The notes: generated by a model from the sequence alone, not told the origin. A stretch of 64,000 bases of DNA from Azolla caroliniana (GCA_043228905.1 JBHGNT010000020.1:12896001-12960000); one strand, 5' to 3'; shown: positions 49,798 through 63,237, numbered from the stretch's first letter. Translations and numbers: made by a program.

Positions 49798-52700
49798 TCT
49801 GTATGAATCAAAAGAAATTTATACACTTGAGACCCTATTAAATGAGTAGTAAAAGAACACCTTTCGATCTTTTAACTGTGTTGTAGATTGTAAGGAAAGC
49901 TTCTTAAAGATATGTTATTTACTTAATGAAGGTTTCATGGTATATGAGATGTAATTGCTATTAAAAAGCTCTAAATGGGAGGTGCTATTTACATCATTAA
50001 CAATATTTTCATTGCCCATGTTTGAAAATCTTAAGCAAAGTGGAGATCGAGTAATTGGTAGATATCGTGAGCTTTGCCTATTTGTTCTTGTTAAGAGAGG
50101 TTAGGAGAGAACACTTTGTGGTCTAAGATATGACTTTCATATTTAGTATGCCATGTAATTTTGGTCGAAGCCAAACATTAAGGTGAAAGTGTCAAATGTT
50201 TTTGTATGGTTATGTAATCAAGATGAACTATGGATCAAGATTTGTGAACATAGTTTCTAAACAAAGCTAAATTTAAGAATTTCATGGTAATTATGTATAA
50301 GCGAAAGTTAAGCTATGCTAGTTTTGTGAGTCTGACTGATTTTGCAGCTTTTAGGCCACTTACATCTTTGTTCAAACCCTCGAGTTTACTGATAGGCGAC
50401 ATATTTAAATTTGTTAAGTGACCTTCATTGTCAGTCCTCTTAATACCTCTGTTATCAAGCACAAATCTTTGCTCAACTAGTGCCTTTGCTTTTCATCTCA
50501 TTTCTTATCTGGCCGTAACGCTCTCCACAACATCAGTGTATTCTCTGCAAAGAAAGACTACTTTGTTGTGATTGATATGCTAGTAATGCATCAAAGTATT
50601 GTTCTTAGTTTCAAATTTTCTTATGGGTTCACATCATGAATCCATGATTTAGAAAAGGTGTTACATCATTCATCCTAGGATTGAAAAGTATATTGGGTCT
50701 TGCTTATTTGAGGTTTTATAGTTTAAGAATGAATTTATCTAACTAAATGCTTTGAGGCAAAATTTTGATCTTGAATTTTAAAAGATATTCAGGGGATCAA
50801 CAATGCAGGTCACATGTATTACATGGTAAATCAAGAGTTAGATCGAAAACATAAGTGGCCTAGCCTAACCTGCAAATTTAGCCATAGAATGTCAGAAAAC
50901 TACTGAACCGTCACTTTTAAATTTAGTAGAATTTAGCTTCTCAAAACTTGAAAAAATTAGCTTTGTATATAAACGATGTGAATAAATGTTGATATAGATG
51001 GTTCATCCCAATTTCACAATGATACAAAATTTCTTGACAATTCGACGTTAATGGCCAACTTACCAAAAACCACCTGATGTCCTGAATTTAAGTTATGTCT
51101 CATATCACCAAAAACAAATTATTATTATGTCTCAGATCACCAAATGTTTTGAAGGCTTCATACACAAGGAAATGAAAAGTTTGTTAATGATGCAAATAGC
51201 ACTTACTGTTTAGAGTATTTTAATAGTAATTACATATCATATACCCTGAATTCTTCATTGAGTATTATGATTTACAATGTGTATTATGCAAGTTGGGCTT
51301 CGGTTTGATTCAATAGGACCTATATATAGTACTGACAAAAGGGAGGCATTGGGTATGATTCATGTAATTGAAACGTTCTAGCGGAAACCAAGAAAATTTG
51401 GGTGGATGATTGTTCTCCAATTATTCAATTTCATAATTCAACAAATTGTTGAAAACAAGTATGTTATAATGAACATTTTCTTGAGGTTGAGAATTGATGG
51501 AGAATAAATAATTTCCAATTTAGGCATATCCAAATGCAAAGGTCGAGCCTACATAAACTTACTATCACAAATGCAAGTAATCCTTGCGATAAAGTGTTTA
51601 GATTTCAAAAATCCAAAAATTAGAAGAAGATACCACTAATTATAAAAGGTTAATGGTAGGTGAAGGGGGGTATGTTTCAAACCTATAAACGCTCCACCAA
51701 ACCCTAAATATTCATGCATAAAACTATTTCTATATCTGCAAATGCACAATCAATTTGATTCTTTCCTCACCTTGCATTCCATGTTTATTACACACACCCA
51801 ATGTTAATATGTTGGCATTTAGAACAAAGCTCAATCATGTCTTTGCCAACTCTAATGTTTAATGCTAGAGACCATAACATAAAAAGTTATTTTGAACTTC
51901 ATATATTTTATGCATACAACAATTTCTACATCTATAAACACACAATTAGTTTGATCGTTTTCACCTTGCTTTCCATGTTTTGAGACACACCTTAGATTCC
52001 AATCCATTCCCCTCTTGTAGAACACTTTCATTATGATGGTGTACTCCAGACTATGGAATGTCAGTTGTCTCCTCTTTTCCCTTGCCCATAAATAAGACCA
52101 AAGGCACCCATAGACTAAACACTACAACACACTCCACACCAAAATATGAACTTTCTTATGAGGTAGTAGCCTAGAAAATCCAACTAGGGTTGGATGAAAT
52201 GAACTCACAAAAGTGATAGGTGGCTCTAAAGCTAACAATCATCAAATAATTTGGGTCTTCACTCCAATGAATGTAAGACCATTAGAAAATTGCCCTAGAG
52301 ACATTCCACCAACCTTGAAACAAGACCTCAAGTTACGAACATGCCTTGGACCACAAGATCATTTTGAGTGGTTCAAACAAGATTGTTCTAAAGCAAGCAA
52401 TAAAATCCTAAGATAAGGTAAGAATAAAAGAGAAAAAGAAATTGATAGAGATAAACTATAGGTTATTGACGAGTAAAACATGGAAAAGTAAAGCAACCAA
52501 TCAAATCATCTAAGAATTCAAGCCAAAATCAAGTCATGGTTCTCTTTTTTTGAGTCCTTTCCTCCAATCCAAGTTGGATTTCTTAGGCTTCCTCAAATGA
52601 AAACTTCCCTATAGCTACCAAGTCACCCTCTCTATAATCGTTAACTCTAAGAGGATATTCTCATGTCAGGTAACAAAAGTCCTTATATTTGTGTCTAGGT

Positions 52701-52879
52701 CTCCCAACTTGGGTTTTATGAGTGTGGAGAGGGTGGCAAAGTTTAGTTGGTGAATGTATTGAGCCTTCTTTAAATCAAACCACCTCTTAGATTGCATGGG
52801 AACCACCTTCCAACCTCTTTTCTTGCACACTTGATTTACCTTGTTTGGTTGGTGGGTTTGAAGCACCATCATCGTCTTC

Positions 52880-53470
52880 TAGGGCTTGTCGAACATGGAA
52901 ATGATCAGTCCATGTTTTTGTTCTCTATGACATTTCATCTCATCTCACTTAGTCTAAAATATTTCAAGTGAGTAATGAACACATGTGGTTTTGGAATCAT
53001 CCTATGTAGTATGTGAATAAATTCACATAATACGCGTATCACACCTAATGTTGTGTTCAAAATAAACCAACAATGGATCTTATTGTCTTCAAAATGACCT
53101 CCTTCATGTCAAGTTTACCAAATTTCTGTCTTAGAAAAGGTCGAGTATGTGAGAATAGTGAGATGGACCATAGGGATTTTGAACCAAGAGAGGTAGTACA
53201 TCAAAATATGTGTTAGAACCAAAATAGTTGATAGAGTTGAGCAACTTGAGCAAGTGATTCCACAATCATTGATAATGTCATCTTGGAAATTATGATGTTT
53301 GAATACTTCTCTCATTATTGTGTTCGATATTCCAAGATTTTCAATGTCATGCACATAGAGGTCGATTGGCACACTAAGATGGCACATTTTCTTCAATGCA
53401 TGAAGAAACAACTGTTTCGGAAAGTATACAAATTAGTACACGATTTACGAACAACACTTAATAATTACTT
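52880..53470. mobile_element. Very old gypsy pol debris
   Basis: EVDWHTKMAHFLQCMKK (+, ~53355-53410) resembles the integrase motif VVDRFTKMAHFIPC. The flanks are highly decayed. Confidence 0.45.
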
Positions 53471-56400
53471 AGTTTAGTAGGGAACACTAGAGCAAATACC
53501 AAAGTGGTCATCCTTGTGCTAACTCTTGAAGTCCACAAGATTATATACGAGAAACTTAGGGTTAGGAGAGGGTTAATAGTTGTAGAGAGTGTGTGTGTGT
53601 TACCTTGTAGAGCGAGAGATAACTCTTGTACATGGTCATGTACTTATTATTGTGAATAATGAAACCCTTATCTTTGGTGTTGTGGATTGAATCTGTATTA
53701 TCTCATTGTATCTTTGAGCATTGTGTCATTGCCCTAACCTTGCCATAGTTTGTTTTGTTTTTTGTTGTAGGATCTTTAGGTTTTGAATGGTTACATCAAA
53801 CATTAGGTTGACCATTTCCCCCTTAACAAGCTCATGATTTTGAGAATCAGGACCGTCCATATAATCCTCCACCTTCAGTCACATTCAAAATTTCTTTCCC
53901 CAAGTTGTTGATCAGGTTTTGCCTCTAGATTTGTTTCTCTCACAATCACAGTGTCCACTCCCAATTGCAACGTTCATTTGAAAATTTCATGAACATCAAG
54001 ATTGACAACTCAACTCCACACATACTATGTGAAAATGATCCACTTTGGTCACATATCCCAAGGATGATAATAAAATACATCTATCTCGTGGCTTGGTGGT
54101 TTACACGTAGGCATCAACGTCATAAGTTTGAACCTTGGCATGGGCTTGATCTCATCCCAAAGATCGTATTGGCCTCACATGGATGTTGATGCAATACTTC
54201 TGATTGTCTTAACATCCACATGCCATATGTCTCAACCAACAAATTATTCTTGGAGGTGTGATAGCTCACCCTCAAGTAAAGGAACACATGTCGGATGTCT
54301 TATCCGAAGCAATGTTCCCCAAGAAAGAAAATATGTTGCTAGCAATCTAAGCATGAAAGTAGTCGACTAATTGCATACTATATGCTAGGAGCACTCGAGT
54401 ATAGCCACAAACACAATGCTTGAAACTTTTGCGACACACTCATAACACCTATAACATGCGAGATCATCCCAATCTAGAATGATCATAATACCCATCAATA
54501 ATTGCCCATCTATGATCCACCATTGAAAATGGACAATTTTTCTATTGATAAGTAATGAACACAAGTGTGATTAAAAAATGCTTGTATAAAATCTTTAGTA
54601 GACATTAAGCTTTAATCTCTTTATGTCTTGTTTTACAAGCGCTTGCAGTTCATGACCACACAATCTTGATGGTAATACTCTCTCCATTACGAGACGATGC
54701 TTGTGGATGGAAATTTTTCGTTTGCAAATTCTTTCTAGTAAACTCGGCTCGATCTCTTTTTCGTGGGGGGGGGGGGTCTTGAGAGATAGGAAGTTATGTA
54801 ATGTGGAATTCACAGTGAATACGATGAGATGTTTTGTGTTTGTTATACGAGAGCAATCGAGGTCCCTTGGAAAAGCATATTTGGTTTCATATAAGGCGAA
54901 CAAAAAATGACACCAAGAATGGCCGGTCATGTACAGGTCTCCCCGAAAGGAATTACGAAAAGAGAGTCGGGAGGGCGGGCAGGCGGGCGTGGAAGGCAGC
55001 TCGTGAAAAGCAAAGAGTAGAGTGTCCGGACACAAAGGGCGGACAAAAAAGAAAAGAAAAAGGCATCGGTGACTATTTTGCGAGAAAAGGTGGACTCGAG
55101 GAAGAACAGTACGGCAAAACAGTACGGCAGAGGCCGTAGAGGCCCTGACGCACGCGCCGCTCCCATCGTACGGCCCGGCCGCGTTACGTGGCGAGGCAGC
55201 CCCCCTCCACCGGTCAGGCCATGTGCTCCGTGCAGCAGCAGATCGCACGCACGCCAGCCGGTCAGCTGACGGTAGCCCTTCTTCTCTCTGTCCTCTGACC
55301 GGTCGGTTTCCCGGTCGTCCCTCTTGAGACAATACATCATCATCTATGTACATACATACATATATCAATATATATATATGTATGTAATAATAATGTATGT
55401 ATGTATATGACACCCACATAACCAATGCCTACTAGGTGGCCTGCAAGTTTCCTACGTTTCACACCTCCTTGTCTTATGTCATAATTCATTCCCTTAGATC
55501 CTTCCCAAGCCCACACACCTCATCATTTTCGTCACGCTTCGTGCTCCACACCTTTTCGTGGGCATGCGTGCGTCACAAATCCGTCCTGACCTCCACACAC
55601 TAAGCACCACTCGATACTCGCATTCTTTGTTGGCTATGGAAATACCTTTCACAAACTTGTTTGAGCACGACGTGAACCATTCTTGAATGTTTCGAGAATA
55701 AAAACCTTCCGAACTATTAAGAATGCATGTTAAGTCATGATACTTCGAATCTCTCGATCGAATGTGGTGCCTTAAACCATTGGCCCTTTCTTTAGGTTAT
55801 GATATGTATGTACAAATTCTAGTGTATATGCACTATTTTCTTTTTAGAAAAGACCATCATGACTTAATGCATGAGATATTTAGCTAAAAATCCTAGTAGA
55901 AATAGTTTGTTTCAATTTTATTGTTCTTATGGCCATCGATCACAATACAATACGTCCACTTGATGACAACATTCTTTGGCAACATATTCATGAAACGATC
56001 ATTACATGATACTATGACCACACTCATCATTACATGCATGATCAAGGACTTCTACATGACACAAATTCGACCGAAATTATCAGGGGTCTCGAAAATGCAA
56101 TCAATCATGATTCTTGTACAAATCTAGTACCGTTGTAACTTGAAACATAATTTTAGACATTTTGGAAATTAAACACCATGAATTATATTGGATTTCTTCT
56201 TCTTTTTCATCTTTTCCAAAGAGCACATTTTTCAATTGTAAAACAAATGAATTTAATGTATACAAAGATAGCCTTTTTCAATGACATAGTAATGTTATTA
56301 GAAACTAGAGGATAGGTTAACAATAAATTATGCAAGGGAAAATCATATTGGAGTTGTGTATTCGAGAAAAGATGCAAATATTCTCAACGACATACATGAT

Positions 56401-57815
56401 TAAGTTAAACTAGTCCCTAGATTTGAATGTTTAGAAATATCAAAATGAAAATTCCATAGAACATTCATTGAGATTTTGAAAGGTTGGGCCTCCACCTACA
56501 TATCTTAGTGGCAAATTACTACATGTTCTAGGTGTCGTACATAACATTACAAGATGTTTTGGTTCATTGTATGGAATTGAACGATTATATTAGTTGTCGT
56601 CAATCAACTTGTACAATTATTGATGCATTGATGTGTCTAGGCAAGGGAAAATTGTTTGACTAACATACAATACTTTGAGATATTATAGTTTAGATTTTGT
56701 TAATGCTCTATGACAAATCCAAAATTACTTGCACTAGAATAACCAATTAATTCTTAACCCCTTATGTATTGTCAAGGAAATGAAGAGTCATAGAACATTT
56801 CTTTCCAATCATTAGGTAACTACATATTTTAATTGTTACATTTTGACAAAGGTGAGGATAATGTAAATTTTGTTTATTATTGTGTGGTAACTATTTAACT
56901 TTGTGTCCATTGTATACATGTATCCTCTACAAATACGCATATGCATAAATGTCCTTTTTTATACGTTCTATTACATATGTGTGTATATGCATCATTCTTG
57001 TGTTCCGTTATATTATATACACATGTGCTTTTGTCACGAGAATATAACTTGTAATACATATACGGAAATACACTCGTCTTTGGTCTTCAATTTCTTTTCG
57101 ATTGACTATAAGTTGCAAATGAATGATTTCAATGGCAGTTAAAACTCAACAAAGACATCTTTTACATTGACTGGCCTGAAATTTTCCTTTCTTGTGATAC
57201 CCATTAGCGATAATGTAGAACTCTAAATACACACCCATTTTTCTTGAACTTTATCAAGCCCCAAAAGAGCACCACAACCCAAAGTTTTTGCTATTTCTTC
57301 GAAACCCTTTGTATTAACCCCCCGAGAGAGTCCCATTAAGATTTCGTGATGGCTCCGATGTGCCTACAACGGTATGCTACAATGACCCAACCCCATCTCA
57401 AATTTTCTCGCGGGCCCGAAGGTTCGTATCATAGCCAAAGACCAAAAACCCTAGGAGCATATTCCCAAAGGTGTGTTTCCGGAGTGTGATGGCGATGATG
57501 CACACAATGGGAACACACTTAATGTAAGTGTGAGCCAATGGTGGGGTGGGATGGTTAGTTTTTGGTAGGAATGTGGTGCTTGAGGAAGTGACTGAATTTT
57601 GTTATTGTTATTGTATATATAGAAGTGAAATGACAAGATGTTCTCGTTGGTAATCAATGAAGAATAGTAAAGCAAAAACAGACAAACAAAATAACGTAAT
57701 ATATGTATATATATATATAGTCTTATAGATATAGATAGATAGATTGTAGGGTGGCCCTCTGATGTGACCCCACCTCGCATGGCTAGCATCACCTCTTTCT
57801 CTCGTTTCTCTCAAA

Positions 57816-57848
57816 AAGAAGAAGAAGAAGAAGAAGAAGAAGAAGAAA
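57816..57848. repeat. (GAA)n microsatellite
   Basis: Read directly from the sequence. Confidence 0.9.
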
Positions 57849-59845
57849 GAGACACAGTGGTGTGTGTCTCGGGAAATAGCTGCCGCTCTACTACTACTAA
57901 ACTACTAACTACTAACTACTGCTTAACTACTATTACTACGCCATTCACACACTCGCCTTCTTATTATATATATATAATTTATATACACACTCTGCTACTT
58001 TATAAAAAGTCAATATTTACTTTACTTTACCCTTCATTCGTGCTCGTATTATTCAGTCTTTGTGTTTCGCTAATGCCTTTCTGGCTTGCTTTCAATTAAA
58101 ATAAAAATTCAATTCAATTCAATTCAATAATGGAAGAACTCAATTAAATAATTCCGGACTCCCGTCTGATCGATGGGCGGCTCTGCTTGTACTATTCGCG
58201 GCGGCGGCGCCACCACCACCACCACCACCACAATTTTTTTTGTTGAATTAAATAATTAATCAAATAAATAAATCGAGTCGTAGTTAACTACTTTTTTTAT
58301 TTTTATCGCTAATATATATTATCCATTTTCGTTATCGACAATATGTATATGTTGAATTAATCATTTAATTCCTTAAATTTCAACGAATAAATATAATAAA
58401 CTGGAGAAAAGGGAAACGATGGAAGCGATGATGAATTTAATTATTAAAATACTAAAATACAAATAAATAGAATTTAGATGTAAGGTTTGCCAAAAATACA
58501 CATGTTTTATGAAATGCCCCAAGTTACCCCCCTTGGTATTTTCGACCAAGAAGAACGAGCGTATTGTATGTATTTTTATAGACGGCTCCCTTGTGACCCA
58601 AGCCAATGTGTATCTTTATAGATATGGTCACTATAGCCAATGTGCATTCCACTAGATGATTAGCTTGTGACCACAACAAGTCACAACTAGGGGTTGGGCG
58701 AACTCTCATAGAGAAGTATTTTGGGAATTTGGTTTATGAGAACATGAAAAGGTGGTGTGTTTTGGTACCTTCCCTGATAGAAAAAAAAGAGAGGGAAAGA
58801 CTTGTCACAATGGGGTAGCGGAGATAACAAATAGAGTTTTGCATGATCCCAAATCGTTAAATTGTGTTGTAACATCATCTCCTACGAACTCATCTTCCTA
58901 TTATGTTCATAAATCACTTAGGATGATGTGCTTTACATGCATGAAATCTACCCATGGGCCAAGTAACTTACAATCAACCTACTGAGTTCAATCATGTCCA
59001 ATCCAATTTTACTACATGGTTCATCAATGTGTCATTGCTTTTATATTGCGCATGTGTCAACATAATAATGGCACGAATGAGATTACGTCTTAATGATTGG
59101 CATGAATAATTGGCTTCCAAAGGTACACCTAGTCCTTGCCAAGGAAAACATACACTTTGCCTAATTACAATATGTTGATATCAAATGCGTTAATGTTTGA
59201 TGGTGAGAATTCCAAATTGAAAAGTGATGAAAAAGCGTTTTTCTTTCTACTAAAGCCTAATGTCACCAATGCATTGCCACATTCAAGTTTAGTGTCAATT
59301 CTATGCATGGAAAAGGATTTGGGCTGAGTAGCTCACATCCCTATGACCACCAATGCGTAACAATAACGATGGCATAAAAGTTGTCAAAGATATACCAGTA
59401 TTTCTGGTTGAATCTAACATTGTGACAATGTGCGTTTGATGGATCAACTCTTGAAAACAGGTTTACGAGTGGGCATTGTGATTTGGTCTACCAAGTTCTC
59501 CAGTATTACAAGTGTATCTCAAAATCGGGGTAAATGATTAGCAATAAACAAGGTAGGTATGGTACTGGTAGGGTAATTTCAGGGGGGATTCAAAATATGG
59601 GGGTAATTTACAGTATAAATGTTGATGTTGGTATGTATTTACTATGACCACTTCTTTGTTTAGACAATGTGCATGCACACACCCATCTTATTATGTAAAT
59701 ACGGCTATAGACAATTTATTTATTTATTGATTCATATTATACGGCAAAACAGCGACTAATTTTTGCAAATACATGCATACGTATATGTACATAGTGTTCC
59801 AGCATACGCATACGTAATATATACTAAAAAAATAATGATTGGAGC

Positions 59846-59927
59846 AAAAAGAAAAAGAAAAAGAAAAAGAAAAAGAAAAAGAAAAAGAAAAAGAAAAAGA
59901 AAAAGAAAAAGAAAAAGAAAAAGAAAA
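59846..59927. repeat. (AAAAAG)n hexamer microsatellite, ~13 units
   Basis: Read directly from the sequence. Confidence 0.95.
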
Positions 59928-60232
59928 CGCAATTCTGTGCTTTTTTGTTTTTTGGTCCGGACAAAAAAAAGAAGAAATAGAAGAGAATTAGACAACATTT
60001 ATTATTTCTCTGGACACATATTATTATAATGTAAAAAAACAGGAAAATAATTTGATTGATTATTATTATTGTTGTTTATTTAATAATAATAATGATTTAA
60101 TTATTAATTTATAAATGCAGATTACTATATGAAGGGGGGGGGCCTCGAGCTGTGCGCTTTTTTTTTTCTCTCTCTTCCGCGTGCTCTTAAAAAAAAACAA
60201 TCGAAGCGGCCACACACACGACTGCCACCCTC

Positions 60233-60300
60233 TGACGTGGCAGTCTGCCATTCCCCTCCCCTGACGTGGCAGCGCAGGCCTTGAAGCGCCGTACACGTCA
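60233..60300 (+). promoter_or_regulatory. Cluster of three TGACGT(G) bZIP/TGA-type sites upstream of the glutaredoxin
   Basis: TGACGTGGCAG at 60233 and 60262, and CACGTCA at 60294-60300. These are followed by (CT)n and TATA-like runs near 60371 and 60457. Confidence 0.65.
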
Positions 60301-60310
60301 GCAACCATCG

Positions 60311-60345
<35 letters not shown>

Positions 60346-60624
60346 CTCTGTCCCTCTCTCTCTATATGTTTTATATATAAATTATGAGCCCCCACCCCAT
60401 CCCCACTGCTAAACACTAGTAGTTCTCTGTCAAAACCCTTCCTTTTTTCCCTTCGCTATATATAATATAATCTCTGCAGCAAAGAATCGTCAAATCCTTC
60501 TGCTTTAATCAGTCTGTCTGTGTGCCTTTTCTGCCATTGATCTCGCTAGTTCTCAACCTATTCAGTGAATCGGATCACACACCTTCCTTCTGCATTGTCC
60601 ATCGCCTTCAAGCATCTCTAAACA

Positions 60625-60791
60625 TTCCTTCAAATCCACTGCAACTATATACATATATATACCTTTAATCCACTGCAAATATATAATTACCTCAATCCAC
60701 TGCAAATATATAATTACCTTAATCCACTGCCAATATATAAATACCTTAATCCACTGCAAATATAGAATTACCTTAATCCACTGCCAATATT
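60625..60791. repeat. 27-bp tandem repeat x~6 in the probable glutaredoxin 5' leader
   Basis: ccttaatccactgcaaatatataatta units. Confidence 0.9.
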
Positions 60792-60973
60792 TCGTTCGCA
60801 TTGCCAGAGACTTTGGTTCTGCTGGTGGTTCTCGATCTTCTGTGTGGCCTACATATATAATACGCGCTGCTGCTGCTCTGCTACGGTTCGTTATCATTCG
60901 TTAACTAACACGATCCCGACAGGTTTAAGAAACGACAAGAAAGAAAACAGAAGGGGGGGAGGGGGGGTGTGTG

Positions 60974-61579
60974 ATGATGAATATGAAGGAGAAGATGCAG
61001 TCGCACCACCATGGCGGGGTGCAGTGCTGGCCGTCATCGGCGCTGCACCCGATGCTGCGAGCCAGGAGCTCCTGCGGCAGCCAGGCGGCGGCGGTCACGC
61101 TGATGTCGTCGGGGATGGGCCCGGACGGCGGGGGAGTTAACGGCGGCGTGGGCGGCGCCGTTAGTGTAAGCGGCGGCGGAGGAGGAGGAGGAGGTGGAGG
61201 AGGCGGCGGAGGTGGTGGCGGAAGTGGAGGCGCGACGGCGGCGTGCGTGGAGACGATCCTGAGGCTGGCGGGGGAGAGCGCGGTGGTGATCTTCAGCGTG
61301 AGCACGTGCTGCATGTGCCACGTGGCGAAGCAGCTGCTGGGGGGACTCGGGGTGAACCTCACGGTCTACGAGGTGGACGAGGTGGCGGACGGAAGGGGCG
61401 GGGCTCAGCTCATGGCGGCCTTGTCCTTCCTGGTGGGCGGCGGCGTCGGGGGATGCGAGCCCGTGCCGGCCATTTTCGTGGGTGGGAAGCTGGTGGGCGG
61501 CCTGGACCACGTCATGGCCGCCCATATCAGCGGCGCCCTCATCCCCCTCCTCAAACAGGCCGGCGCCCTCTGGCTCTAA
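60974..61579 (+). CDS. CC-type glutaredoxin (ROXY-like), intronless, with a Gly-rich N-terminal extension
   Basis: VVIFSVSTCCMCHVAK active site, VPAIFVGGKLVGG, LIPLL and terminal GALWL. Confidence 0.93.
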   Translation: MMNMKEKMQSHHHGGVQCWPSSALHPMLRARSSCGSQAAAVTLMSSGMGPDGGGVNGGVGGAVSVSGGGGGGGGGGGGGGGGGSGGATAACVETILRLAGESAVVIFSVSTCCMCHVAKQLLGGLGVNLTVYEVDEVADGRGGAQLMAALSFLVGGGVGGCEPVPAIFVGGKLVGGLDHVMAAHISGALIPLLKQAGALWL

Positions 61580-61699
61580 TCCAATCCCAATTCTCTTTCT
61601 CACGTCAATCAGAGATATATATATACTGCATTGCTTCAATTATATGCTTCCCCAATTTATTCTTTCTCTCTCTCTCTCTCTCTCTTTTCTGTTTCCCCC

Positions 61700-62140
61700 T
61701 CTTGCTTTCCCTGCCACCTTCCCAGCCATCCGTTTCTTTCCCGCACTTTTTTTTTTGCTTTTTGCTTTTTTCTCTTTTGTTCTTCTTAGCTTTTCCGCCT
61801 CCTGTAGATGTTCCCCGCCGGGATTTGCTTTTTAAAAAAAGAAAATAAAAAAAAACTCTGAACGCGACGTTTTGGCGGAGCTCTGGACACGACGCCGATC
61901 CGTAAATCAGAGACACCACATTACTGCATAGTTTTGACTATATGCCCGATTTATTCTTTTCCTTCTTCTTTTCCTCTTTCAGCTGCTTTCCTGCCACCTT
62001 TCGCCCTTCTTTTTGCTTTTTGCTTTTTTTTTTTAAGCTTTTCCGTCTCCAGCAGATCTTCGCCGCCGGGATGTGGGTTCTCTTTAAAAACTCTGAAGAC
62101 GACGTTTTGGTGGAGCTCTCGACACGATGCCGATCCGTGA
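61700..62140 (+). repeat. Diverged ~170-200 bp duplication downstream of the glutaredoxin
   Basis: ctgccacctt...ttttgctttttgc...gcttttccg...cgccgggat...gacgttttgg.ggagctct.gacacga.gccgatccgt occurs twice, at about 61710-61903 and 61990-62139. Confidence 0.8.
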
Positions 62141-62665
62141 ATTATAAACTCTGTTAAATTTCTAATTTTGTAGGCCGATTAATGTCCGCCATGCCCATCC
62201 CCTCCTCCTCTCCTGCTTCTGCTCAAATCGCAACAGTATATTAACTCTTAATGCTGCAGCATCGATCTCGCCTTTTTTAATTTCTTTTTAACTTCAGATT
62301 ATAAAAGGAAAAACCAAAAGTACAAACATATATATGTATAATTCCTCAGTTTTTTTTCTTCTAATTCCGCTGTCCACATTTACGTATGAATTATTCACTG
62401 GTTCTTTTTTCTTTTTCCTGTTTGTGTACACAAGAGCTTACAAAATTTGAATCTACGTGTGGAAGAGTAAGAAGATCGTGGTGAAGGAACTATCTATTAT
62501 AACTGATTGGCGCACTCTTCTTTTTAGCTCGAAGATCCGCCTTTCGTGACAGATTTTCCAGTTTTGTGTTTTGATTTTAATCTGCATTCCGATCAATGCA
62601 TGCTTTAGACGACGTAAATCTGCATGGCGCTTTCAAAAGGTGGCAAATCCGTTTAATGATCATGT

Positions 62666-63237
62666 CCATGTTATATTGTGTTGTGATAATATGAACAGTA
62701 AAAACGTGTTTCAACAACCCTAATCACTTAAACCCTCTCCATGTTATATTGTGTGTCGATATATGAATGGTAACGTGTTTCACAAAACCCTAAACCCTAA
62801 ACCCTCTCCATGTTAGATTGTGTGTCGATATATGAATGGTAACGTGTTTCACAAAACCCTAAACCCTAAACCCTCTCGAAGTTAGATTGCGTGTCGATAT
62901 ATGAACTATATGAACGATAACGTGTTTCACGAAACCCTAAACCCTAAACCCTCTCCATGTTAGATTGTGTGTTGATATATGAACGATAACGTGTTTCACG
63001 AAACCCTAAACCCTAAACCCTCTCCATGTTAGATTGTGTGTTGATATATGAATGATAACGTGTTTCACAAAACCCTAAATGCTAAACCGTCTCCATGTTA
63101 TATTGTGTCGATATATGAACGATAACGTGTTTCACAAAACCATAAACCCTAATCCATCCCATGTATATTGTCTGCTGATATATGATTGTTAACGTGTTTC
63201 AACAACCCGAAACCCGAAACCCTCACCATGTTATATT
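62666..63237. repeat. 69-bp tandem satellite, ~8-9 copies, each carrying 2-3 plant telomere heptamers (CCCTAAA)
   Basis: Unit ccatgttagattgtgtgttgatatatgaacgataacgtgtttcacgaaaccctaaaccctaaaccctct. Unit starts are near 62741, 62810, 62879, 62957, 63026, 63095 and 63161. Confidence 0.93.

Noticed and set aside
54595-55425. 276-aa minus-strand ORF
   Set aside because: It starts in a low-complexity (TA)-rich tract, has no domain, and is open mainly because of local GC richness.
55724-55871. MITE suggested by a ~16-bp inverted repeat (ttaagtcatgat / atcatgacttaa)
   Set aside because: No TSD or second copy is visible, and the repeat is short and AT-rich, so it is unsupported.
59756-60029. Poly-KR and poly-FL ORFs
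   Set aside because: They are translations of the (AAAAAG)n microsatellite.
60925-61848. Overlapping alternative-frame and antisense ORFs at the glutaredoxin
   Set aside because: They are shadows of a very GC-rich CDS.
62666-63237. True telomere or CRISPR array
   Set aside because: There are only 2-3 heptamers per unit, the intervening sequence is itself repeated, and unique sequence continues beyond it.
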